Position numbers and translations under genes: made by a program. A DNA stretch of 64,000 nt from a bacterium. GTDB taxonomy: Bacteria; UBA8248. The notes beneath the pieces were generated by a model. The model did no database searches and was not told the origin of the DNA. It worked only from the letters and a program-made list of their open reading frames with translations. The stretch lies in NCBI GenBank assembly GCA_965202625.1, contig CBDBBI010000010.1, forward strand, positions 2,720,001-2,784,000, in the 5' to 3' direction. Positions 53,078-61,442 of the stretch are shown here, one piece after another (the first letter of the stretch is position 1; each line of letters opens with the position of its first letter).

Positions 53078-55984
53078 ATGCCGCGCCAGACGGAACCCAG
53101 CGCCAACAATGTCCTGGGAGATTTGCTCCGGGCGATGATGCCCGGTTGCGAGGTGCGCTCGGAGAATACGCAGGTTCTCATCGAACATGCAGGCCGCCGT
53201 CCCGACGTTCTGATCATGGCCCCCGGTCGCGCTCCGGTTGTCATAGAGGCCGAGTTTGAGCCGTCGCCGGGAGTGGAAGGAGACGCTCGGGAGCGGTTGG
53301 GGCTGAGGATTGCGGGCGAGGCGCGCCCTATTGAGGCCGCCATCGCTCTTCGCTACCCGCAAGCGGTGGAGGACGCTTATGACGTGGCCCAGACCCTCGC
53401 CGAGGCGAGGGTGTCCTGGTGCGTGCTACGGGAGGACGGCGTCCGTTTTCCCCTATCGGGCTGGTTGGGAGGGTCGGTGGCCGCCCTGGCTGATAGTATC
53501 CGTCTGGTCTCCGTGCCGCAGAAGGAGGTGGACCGGGCGGCTGACTCCTTGCAGGCCGGAGTGGGCGAGGCGGCAACGATTCTGAATGAGGTAAGCGTTT
53601 TACGACCCGCCATGATGGAGAAAATCGCCGGAATACTCGAGTCGGGCGACACTCTCCAGACCCGCCGCATGGCCTGCGCTATTTTCACCAACGCTATGGT
53701 GTTCCATGAGCGCATCGCCGGAACGCAGCATGATGTGGATATACCCCCCTTGGACCAGGTATGTGGGCCTGAGGCGACCAATCCCAAAGAAAGCGTCCTG
53801 GCTGCTTGGCGAAGTATCCTGCAGGTCAATTATTTTCCGATATTCGACGTCGCCGCGCGGATGTTGGGAGAGCTGTCGTCGGGCTACGCCGCCCGGATTT
53901 TATCCAGGTTGCGCGGTACCGCCCAGCGGATGGACGCCGCCGGCATTCCCCACGCCCACGACCTGACCGGTCGGGTATTCCAAAGGCTCATCGCCGACCG
54001 GAAATACCTGGCGACTTTTTACACGCGCCCGGCGTCGGCTTCGCTTCTGGCGCACATAGCGGTAGCGAAACTGGGGGAAGTGGACTGGTCTGACCCGAAA
54101 GACATCGGAAGCTTGCGGGTTGCGGATTTCGCCTGCGGGACGGGCGCGCTTCTCTCTGCGGTTTATGATCAGATGGCCGCTCGCCACGAGCGGGCCGGCG
54201 GCGATTTGGCGAAAATGCATCCAGTGATGATGGAGGAAGTCCTCTACGGCTGCGACGTGATGCCCTCGGCAGTGCACATCACGAGTGCGACCCTCTCTGG
54301 AGTCCAGCCGGCAATCGTCTATCGCAACTCCCGCATCTACACCATGCCCTACGGGCGACAGAACGAAGGCGCGGCGGCGATAGGTTCTCTGGAACTGCTG
54401 GACAAGAGCGGCCAATTGATTTTGTTGAACATGAACGACCCCGCCCGGCGTGTCGGTAGCGTTGGAGAGGAAACCGCCCCTCAAAACGTGGTGGAGTTTC
54501 CGGATGCAGGCTTCGACCTCGTCATCATGAACCCACCGTTCACGCGGGCGGGATCCGATTGGGATGGTGATAAAACGAAAAAGGGATCAATTAAACAGTT
54601 CGAAGGATTAAGAACCGATCTGGAAACTCAAAAGGAAATGTCCGCTAGGGCAGCGCGATTCGCCAAGGACACCTGCGCCCATGGATACGCCGGCATCGCT
54701 TCTTTCTTCGCCGCTCTGGGGGATCTGAAGCTCAAGCCGGGCGGCGTGTTTGCTCTCGTTTTGCCCTTGTCCGCCGCCACGGGCATATCCTGGGAAAAGT
54801 TCCGCCAAATGCTTTCTGACGACTACGCGGACCTGGAAATGCTGAGCATTGCCGCCAATGGCGATGAGATGTCTTTTTCCTCAGATACGAGCATGGCGGA
54901 ATGTCTGGTTATCGCCCGCAAGCGCAAAGCGACCGACCCTCCTGCGCGGAGTGCGCGCTTTACCTCCCTGCGCCAACGTCCGCAGGGCTTCGTCCACGCC
55001 GCCGAGATAGGCAAGAATATCCTCGCCACCGATGCCGTGAGGCGACTCGAGGACGGACCATACGGCGGCACGCCCCTGATGGTGGGTGATGAAATGGCGG
55101 GAGAGATGCTGACGTCGCCTCGTTCCGCAAACGGTGGCGCGTTGGCCGGAGTGCGCATATCGGACTATTCCCTTGGCCAAACCGCTCATGCGCTGGCGGA
55201 CTCGAAACTATGGTTGCCCGGTATCCTGACGGCACTGGAATTGAAAACCGCGCCCATCGACCTTGTGGGCCGTCGTGGTGTGAGTGATAAGGACATCGTA
55301 GGGCACTCCGCTTTTGCCCCGTTCAGCAAGACATCGCCTAGTCTTACCGCTACTTACCCATGTTTGTGGAATCACGACGCCAAAAAAGAAACCCGGATGA
55401 TCTGCGAGTCTGATTCGTCGTTAATCGTGCGGCCGGGTATGGAGAAGAGAGCCGCCGATGTTTGGGCTACAGCCAGCCGCACCCACCTAACACGTGACTT
55501 TCGTTTCAATTCCCAGCCACTGGCGGTTGCGTTTACTGAGGAAAAATCTATCGGTGGAAGGGCATGGCCAAATGTATTTTTCCCCGATGACAGATTTGAC
55601 TCCGTATTTGTCGCATGGAGCAATTCCACTTTAGGTCTGTTGCTGTTCTGGTGGCACTCTAATCGGCAGCAGGGCGGCCGGGGGCAGATAACCATCAGCA
55701 GGGCCGACACTCTCCCCGTTCTCGACTTGCGCACCTTGAGCGATGCGCAGCTCGCCCTCGCCGAGGAGACGTTTGAGGAGTTTCGGGAGAAGGAATTGAA
55801 GCCGGCGTATTTGGCTGACGCGGATCCGAATCGCGCGCTTCTGGACGAGCGAGTAATCTGCGACCTGTTGGGGTTCGACCAATCTGTGTACCGTGGCGTG
55901 CGGCGTCTGGCGGCCAAGTGGTGCGCCGAGCCGTCGGTGCACGGAGGCAAGAAGCGGCCGCCGGATTCTAAGCTGGTGGCGTAG
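53078..55984 (+). CDS. Single-chain (type IIG/IIL-like) restriction-modification enzyme: nuclease, amino-methyltransferase and TRD
   Basis: N-terminal PDVLI..IEAEF; TFYTRP (motif X); DFACGTGALL (motif I); VIMNPPF (motif IV); TRD-like C-terminus (WSNSTLG..LPVLD). Confidence 0.85.
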   Translation: MPRQTEPSANNVLGDLLRAMMPGCEVRSENTQVLIEHAGRRPDVLIMAPGRAPVVIEAEFEPSPGVEGDARERLGLRIAGEARPIEAAIALRYPQAVEDAYDVAQTLAEARVSWCVLREDGVRFPLSGWLGGSVAALADSIRLVSVPQKEVDRAADSLQAGVGEAATILNEVSVLRPAMMEKIAGILESGDTLQTRRMACAIFTNAMVFHERIAGTQHDVDIPPLDQVCGPEATNPKESVLAAWRSILQVNYFPIFDVAARMLGELSSGYAARILSRLRGTAQRMDAAGIPHAHDLTGRVFQRLIADRKYLATFYTRPASASLLAHIAVAKLGEVDWSDPKDIGSLRVADFACGTGALLSAVYDQMAARHERAGGDLAKMHPVMMEEVLYGCDVMPSAVHITSATLSGVQPAIVYRNSRIYTMPYGRQNEGAAAIGSLELLDKSGQLILLNMNDPARRVGSVGEETAPQNVVEFPDAGFDLVIMNPPFTRAGSDWDGDKTKKGSIKQFEGLRTDLETQKEMSARAARFAKDTCAHGYAGIASFFAALGDLKLKPGGVFALVLPLSAATGISWEKFRQMLSDDYADLEMLSIAANGDEMSFSSDTSMAECLVIARKRKATDPPARSARFTSLRQRPQGFVHAAEIGKNILATDAVRRLEDGPYGGTPLMVGDEMAGEMLTSPRSANGGALAGVRISDYSLGQTAHALADSKLWLPGILTALELKTAPIDLVGRRGVSDKDIVGHSAFAPFSKTSPSLTATYPCLWNHDAKKETRMICESDSSLIVRPGMEKRAADVWATASRTHLTRDFRFNSQPLAVAFTEEKSIGGRAWPNVFFPDDRFDSVFVAWSNSTLGLLLFWWHSNRQQGGRGQITISRADTLPVLDLRTLSDAQLALAEETFEEFREKELKPAYLADADPNRALLDERVICDLLGFDQSVYRGVRRLAAKWCAEPSVHGGKKRPPDSKLVA

Positions 55985-56008
55985 GGGCGGTCTGCGGACC
56001 ACCCCTAC
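55981..56008. repeat. GTAG-flanked REP-like palindrome, possibly a bidirectional terminator
   Basis: GTAGGGGCGGTC-TGCG-GACCACCCCTAC: 12-bp arms with one mismatch, between convergent genes. Confidence 0.65.
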
Positions 56009-56014
56009 TTAGTT

Positions 56015-56695
56015 TTACCCTTTTTTGATCAATATGTTGTTGTATAAGAGTGCCGCCGCTACGCCGCCGATGATGGGCCCTATCCAATAGACGAGGTGGT
56101 TGACCCCGTCAAAGCCACCTCCGGCCAACGCGGGGCCGAACGTGCGCGCCGGGTTCATGGCCGCGCCCGTGAGTGGGCCGCCCATCAGAATGTCCGCAGA
56201 GACGGTGAGGCCGATCGCAAAACCGCCCACGTCGGGACGCCTGTCATCCACGGCGGAGCCCCAGATGGCGGTGACCAGGAGGAACGTGAGGATGATTTCG
56301 ATCAGAATCCCCATCCCGAAGTTCACGTCGCCCGCAAGAGTCGGCGTCCCCAGATTCACCTTTTGCCACACCTCGGCGTCGAAGATGATTCTCAGCAGGA
56401 TGCCGGCCACGGCTCCGCCCACGAGTTGGCTGATGATGTAGGAAATGCCCGTGCCGCCGTCGGTCTTTTTCGTCACCATGAAGCCGATGGTGACGGCCGG
56501 GTTGTAGTGACCGCCCGAGACGTGTCCCATGGCGGAGATCATGGCCGAGAGAATCAGCCCATGAGCGAGGGCGATGCCGATCAGCCCCACGGCCCCTCCC
56601 GTTTTCTGGTTCAGTATGATGGCGCCGGCGCCGATGAAGCACAGCGCGAAGGTGCCGATGGCTTCGGCTAGACAGGCCCTTCCTGTGGGACTCAT
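56015..56695 (-). CDS. MIP/aquaporin channel
   Basis: SGGHYNPAVT and AMNPARTFGP NPA boxes, six TM segments, VYWIGP. Confidence 0.96.
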   Translation of the reverse strand: MSPTGRACLAEAIGTFALCFIGAGAIILNQKTGGAVGLIGIALAHGLILSAMISAMGHVSGGHYNPAVTIGFMVTKKTDGGTGISYIISQLVGGAVAGILLRIIFDAEVWQKVNLGTPTLAGDVNFGMGILIEIILTFLLVTAIWGSAVDDRRPDVGGFAIGLTVSADILMGGPLTGAAMNPARTFGPALAGGGFDGVNHLVYWIGPIIGGVAAALLYNNILIKKG

Positions 56696-56826
56696 TTTTT
56701 CTTCTCCTTGTCCATTCGGGCGATAAGAATTGATGCGAAATCCGCGCCCCCCTTCGGTTCTACACGAAGGACGACGAGCAATGGGGACGGCTCATCCTCC
56801 AGGTTTCCATGCGCCATTATAGCAAA

Positions 56827-57786
56827 TTATGGCGAGGGCACCACGTTTTGCGGCTTTCCCGAGAGGGCGGCAGCGACGTTTTCCACCGACATGAGGAGGC
56901 CCGCTTCCGTCACCTCGGGCGTGATGCCCGCATTATGCGGGGAGAGAACCACGTTTTTCAGTTTCCCCAACGGATGATTCAGAGGCAGGGGCTCCTCGTC
57001 GAATACGTCGAGGCCCGCCGCAGCCAGAGTCCCGTCTTCCAAAGCAGATATGAGCGCCCCCTCGTCCACGATCGCCCCCCGCGCGGTGTTCACCAAAATG
57101 GTGTTTGACCTCATACGGGAGAACGCCCCGGCGTCGACCATGCCGATGGTGTCCGCCGATTGTCGCACGTGGATGGAAACCACGTCGGCGCGTTCATACA
57201 AGGCGTTCAACTCGACGAGCTCCAGTCCCGCCTCCGCGGCGAAAGCCTCGTCCGGATGAAACGTCCAGGCGATGACGTTCATCCCGATGCCCGAAGCGAT
57301 GCGCGCCGTCTGGCGGCCAATGGCACCTAAGCCGATGAGGCCGAGCGTCTTCCCGCTCAGTTGCGTCATCTGGCCTCGGGGCCATGCGCCCGCCCGCGTG
57401 GCGGAATCATTCTGGGGTATCTGACGCGCAGCCGCCATCATCAGGGCTAGGGCGTGTTCCGCCACGGAAACGGCGGCCACGCCCGGCGTGTTCGACACGA
57501 TGATGCCGGCGGCGCCTGCCGCCCCCAGATCGACGTGGTCCGTTCCTGTTCCCCAGATCGAGAGTGTCTTGAGAGCGCGGCAGTTCGAGAAAAAAGCCGC
57601 GTCGAATCTGCAGAAGGCGCGGATGTTGATGACGCCGTCGGCCCCATTTACACGGCGGAGCAATTCTTCGGGCGTTTGCGGGTTCGACGTGTGAATTTCC
57701 ACATCCCCGACCTTCCGCAGACGCGCCTCGGCGGCGCTGTCCAGGAAAACGGAAGGGTAGTCGTCTGGCACAACAATTCGGCTCAC
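56827..57786 (-). CDS. D-2-hydroxyacid dehydrogenase family protein (paralog of 51917-52879)
   Basis: VAEH, GLIGLGAIG, VNTARG, AGLDVFDEEP, SPHNAG. Confidence 0.92.
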   Translation of the reverse strand: MSRIVVPDDYPSVFLDSAAEARLRKVGDVEIHTSNPQTPEELLRRVNGADGVINIRAFCRFDAAFFSNCRALKTLSIWGTGTDHVDLGAAGAAGIIVSNTPGVAAVSVAEHALALMMAAARQIPQNDSATRAGAWPRGQMTQLSGKTLGLIGLGAIGRQTARIASGIGMNVIAWTFHPDEAFAAEAGLELVELNALYERADVVSIHVRQSADTIGMVDAGAFSRMRSNTILVNTARGAIVDEGALISALEDGTLAAAGLDVFDEEPLPLNHPLGKLKNVVLSPHNAGITPEVTEAGLLMSVENVAAALSGKPQNVVPSP

Positions 57787-57906
57787 GGTATAATCCCTTT
57801 AAGTGATAAAAAACGGATGTTCTCATTATTTGCTTTCGCCGCCCTTGCTTGTGCGATATGGTTCTCTCGCTCACACTATTTATGCCACCTAGAGGAGACA
57901 AGACAA

Positions 57907-58461
57907 GTGCCCCCACTCGATCCGCGTAAAGACAGCGTCGTTCCCGGCGAACGCACCATTGACAAGCCGGAACTCCCCTCGCAGGGCTACGCCTTCACCA
58001 TGTCTGCCGACACTGAAACGGTGGAGGGGAAAGGGCAGCTCAAACTGGGGACGCACAGACACTTTGAGGTCTATTGCGATGAGCCGCCCCGCATCGGTGG
58101 GGAGGATTCCCACCCGCAGCCGCTTTGCTACATCGCCATGGGGGTAGGGTTCTGACTCCTCACCCAGCTGGCGCGGTACGCGCACATGATGAAGGTATCT
58201 TTCACGCGCGCGAGAGTGCGCGTGGATTTCGATTATTTTCTGAGCGGCTCCGTTCTCAAGGGCACGGTGAACGCCGGCTGCACGGAAGTCCGCACGCATT
58301 TCGAGGTGGAGTCCGAGGAAACGGCGGAGAAGGTTTTGGCGGTCGTCAAGAACGCGAAGCAAGGGTGCTTCGCCGAGCGGATGGTGACGGACGCCGTTGC
58401 CCTGAAAAGCACGATTGCCTTGAACGGCGATCCGATTTCTTTGAGCGGGGTCACCGAATAA
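57907..58461 (+). CDS. OsmC/Ohr-like protein, probable selenoprotein (UGA = Sec at codon 83, 58153-58155), 184 aa
   Basis: GTG start after AGAGGAG; DEPPRIGGEDSHPQP..AMGVGF-TGA-LLTQLARYA continues in the same frame to AKQGCFAE and TAA at 58461; SECIS-like hairpin downstream of the TGA. Confidence 0.85.
58156..58195 (+). promoter_or_regulatory. Candidate bacterial SECIS element
   Basis: GCGCG-GTA-CGCGC apical stem-loop (58171-58183) with the loop G 21 nt after the UGA; possible lower stem CCTCA/TGAAGG. Confidence 0.65.
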
Positions 58462-58622
58462 GGCGCGCGAGCGCATAGGGCGGACGCCAGGATGCCGCCG
58501 TTTCGTTTTGAGAGTGAGCGGGGAGGCGGCGGCACTGGCTCCTTGACCCATCCGTCCGGGTCGACGATGCGCGGGATGGACGCCTTGTGCGCGGCGCCCC
58601 GTCTCTCTCTAAAACAGGGACG

Positions 58623-60125
58623 CTAGGAGGTCGAATTCGCCGCGACGGCGCGCTTTCCGGCGGCGTTGCCCGCTAGTCGGCCGTAGACGGCGCCCAGGGT
58701 TAGCCCCGCCCCTCCAGGGTAGTTGAAGTAATAGACGCCGCCCACGAGCTCGCCCGCGGCGAAGAGCCCGGGAATGACCTCGTTCTCGGTGTTCACGACT
58801 TCGGTTTTGGGCGTCACGCGGACGCCGCCGAAGGTGAAAGTGATGCCTGTGGTGACGGCGAAGCCGAGATAGGGCGGCTCGTCAATGGGAAGTGCCCAGT
58901 TCGATTTGGGCGGATCGATTCCCTTCGTGTGCTTGCCGTCCTTGATGGTCGGGTTGTATTCCCCCGGCTGGATGGCGGCGTTGTATTCTCGAATCGTTTT
59001 CACGAAAGCGTCGACGTCGATATCGAGTTGCGCGGCGAGTTCCTCCAGGGTATTCGCCTCTGCCTTGGTGACCTCGCGGATGCGGTATTCGTCTCGAAGC
59101 ATGTGCGCCGTTTTCTGGTCGAATATCTGAAACGCGGCTCGCTGAGGCTGCTGGAGAATGTCGCGACCGTATTTGGCGTAGGTGTAGTTTCTGAAGTCGG
59201 CTCCCTCGTCAACGAAGCGTTTGCCCTTGACGTTCACGATGACTCCGAGGGGGTAGGAGTGTTTCTGATAGGATTCTCCCACCGTGAGGTTGCCGAAGGG
59301 CGGAGCGTTCAGATCCCATGCGACGGCGTGGCAGCCGCTCCAGTTGCCGTAGGGCTGGGCGCCAATGTCGAGCGCCATCCTGATGCCGTCGCCCGTGTTG
59401 TAGGGGGTGCCGCGAACTTTCGCGAGTTCCCAGCCCGGACCCAGGTATCGGCAGCGCATCTCCGCGTTCGCCTCGAAGCCGCCCGACGCCAGCACCACTC
59501 CGTGGGCCTCGACCTCGTAAGGACCTTCGGGACCTTTCACCGCAACGCCCGTTACGGTGCCCATGGGGTCGGTGAGGAGGCGAGTCGCCTTTGACCCGTA
59601 GCGGATTTCGACTCCGGCTGCGCACGCCGCGTCAAGGAGCGAGTCGATGAGCCCGCGCCCGCCACCGACGATTTCGAGGATCAAACCGCCCCAGAAACGC
59701 ATCTTGCCGTCCACCTTGAAGGCCTGCCGCCCGCTTGCGAGGATGAGCCGCAAGCCCTTTGAGCGCATCCATTTCAGAGTCGGGAGCGACTCGTGAACGA
59801 GAACGGAGGAGAGGTCGCCGTCGGTCTGGTATTCGGTCAGCAAGGCGAGGTCGTCAAAGAATTTCTCGGAAGTGTAGGGTTCGATCTCGATGGTTTTTTT
59901 TTCGGTCTCGGAAAGGTCCGGAACGAGCGCGTAGATGTCCTCAATGCTGTGAAAGGCAAAGCGAAACAATCCTCCCGAAAAAGCCGAATTGCCGCCGCGC
60001 CATGCTTCGGGCGCCTTCTCGAGCACCAAAACCTTGGCCGCTCCCTGGTCTCGCGCCGCAAGTGCTGCGCAAAGAGCGGCGTTGCCGCATCCCACGACGA
60101 CGACGTCGTATTTCTCTTTTGGCAC
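58623..60125 (-). CDS. tcuA: FAD-dependent oxidoreductase, tricarballylate dehydrogenase TcuA family
   Basis: GCGNAA FAD site, RGGNSAFSGG, LASGGFEAN, RFVDEGADFRNYTYAKYG, GITFTFGG, NYPGGAGL. Confidence 0.85.
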   Translation of the reverse strand: MPKEKYDVVVVGCGNAALCAALAARDQGAAKVLVLEKAPEAWRGGNSAFSGGLFRFAFHSIEDIYALVPDLSETEKKTIEIEPYTSEKFFDDLALLTEYQTDGDLSSVLVHESLPTLKWMRSKGLRLILASGRQAFKVDGKMRFWGGLILEIVGGGRGLIDSLLDAACAAGVEIRYGSKATRLLTDPMGTVTGVAVKGPEGPYEVEAHGVVLASGGFEANAEMRCRYLGPGWELAKVRGTPYNTGDGIRMALDIGAQPYGNWSGCHAVAWDLNAPPFGNLTVGESYQKHSYPLGVIVNVKGKRFVDEGADFRNYTYAKYGRDILQQPQRAAFQIFDQKTAHMLRDEYRIREVTKAEANTLEELAAQLDIDVDAFVKTIREYNAAIQPGEYNPTIKDGKHTKGIDPPKSNWALPIDEPPYLGFAVTTGITFTFGGVRVTPKTEVVNTENEVIPGLFAAGELVGGVYYFNYPGGAGLTLGAVYGRLAGNAAGKRAVAANSTS

Positions 60126-60276
60126 TTTGCAAAACCTCCTCAGAGCAGGCCGCTCACGAAGGCCGGCCCATTTTGTGAATACCTTTCGGGGAAGTCGCGC
60201 AGAAACGGCGATCTATATCCGCCCCCTCGTTAACGGAATGGCGGGGCGGGGACGATGTGAGTGGAGCGGGACGTTC

Positions 60277-60663
60277 TCAACCGCGCTGGGCCATTTCGAT
60301 GCTGACGTTGTCAGGTCCCTTGACGAAGGCGATTTTCACGCCCGGGCGTATCTCCCAGGGTTCGCAAATCCATTCGGCGCCCTTCTCGGTCAACTCTTTT
60401 TGCGCCTCGTCCATGTCGTCGACCAGCAGACCGAAATGATCCAGCCCGTAGCGAGGCTCGGAGCCCGTCCGCACCGGGTCCTCTCCTTTCGCACGGCCCG
60501 ATACGAGGAACGTCATGCCGTTCAAATCCATGTGGAACGACGGGGCACCGCCCAGCTCCCTTTCCTCCAGGACGGTGGCCCCGAACATGTCGATCCAGAA
60601 ATCGCGCGCAGCGTGAGGGTCCTCGCTCCTGAAGTGAATATGATCATATCCGTATTTGGCCAT
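60277..60663 (-). CDS. VOC/glyoxalase family protein
   Basis: YDHIH, GLDHFGLLVDD, AFVKGPDNVSIE metal-ligand pattern. Confidence 0.9.
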   Translation of the reverse strand: MAKYGYDHIHFRSEDPHAARDFWIDMFGATVLEERELGGAPSFHMDLNGMTFLVSGRAKGEDPVRTGSEPRYGLDHFGLLVDDMDEAQKELTEKGAEWICEPWEIRPGVKIAFVKGPDNVSIEMAQRG

Positions 60664-60800
60664 GCGGCAATCCCCTCTCGATAAGCAGTTCCAGGCCATC
60701 ACGTTGGATGATGTATTCAGTTTTCGTTGGACGATGTAAACGCAAACCCTTGGAGTGTAAAGGTTATGGCGGGAAGTGGCAAGAGGAGCAAAAGAAAGCC

Positions 60801-61442
60801 CTAGCCGGGGCCGCCCTCCTCCACCTTGATGAGGTTTTCCGCTTCGGCCATCTCATGGAAAAGCTGGCAGGTGGCCGAGAAATCTTTTTCCAGCTTGTTG
60901 AAGAGCTGGGAAATTTGCTCGGGGGAGACGACTTTGGAGAGTTCACCGTGAACGGCGCGCCAGGCGTGCGTTCCGCGCTCTCCGCGCTGAAGGTCCGTCT
61001 CCGCGCTCTCCGTGATGGCGTTATACGCCTCGCCCTCGCGCTCGAGCAGATCTCTAAGGACAGGCTCGTAGTTGGGATCGTTGGAGAGGAGGTAGCGCAT
61101 GAGGTAGGGCCTGAATTGGCGCGCGCTCGCGATCGGCTGCTGGTCTGGCGTCTCGCGCAGAGCCTGGCACGTGGCGGAGAAATCTCTCTCCATGCGCTCG
61201 AACAACTGCTCGATGTGAAACGGGGTGAGAATGTCGGTCAGTGCGGTGAAAACAACATGCCAAGTCTGGGCGCCTCGCTGCCCCCGCTGCATTTCCGCAT
61301 CTTCACTCGCCGTAATCTGGTCATAGACCTCGTTTTCGAAATTCAGCAGATCTCTGAGAACAGGCTCATAATTCGGATTGTTGGAGTGAAGGTATCGCAT
61401 GAGGTAGGGCTTGAAATTCCGCACTTTCTGGAGTCTGGCCAT
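60801..61442 (-). CDS. Hypothetical protein made of two tandem 100-aa repeats (213 aa)
   Basis: ATG at 61442 after GGAGG; PYLMRYL.SN.PNYEPVLRDLL and DFSATCQ each occur twice, exactly 300 nt apart. Confidence 0.8.
   Translation of the reverse strand: MARLQKVRNFKPYLMRYLHSNNPNYEPVLRDLLNFENEVYDQITASEDAEMQRGQRGAQTWHVVFTALTDILTPFHIEQLFERMERDFSATCQALRETPDQQPIASARQFRPYLMRYLLSNDPNYEPVLRDLLEREGEAYNAITESAETDLQRGERGTHAWRAVHGELSKVVSPEQISQLFNKLEKDFSATCQLFHEMAEAENLIKVEEGGPG

Noticed and set aside
57454-57906. Long N-terminal part of ORF 57454-58155
   Set aside because: It overlaps the antisense dehydrogenase; GTG at 57907 with an AGAGGAG RBS is the credible start.
58505-58615. GTTTTAGAG...CAAAAC ends resembling a type II CRISPR repeat
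   Set aside because: It is a single 110-nt unit with no repeat-spacer periodicity and no cas genes; no CRISPR array is seen in the window.
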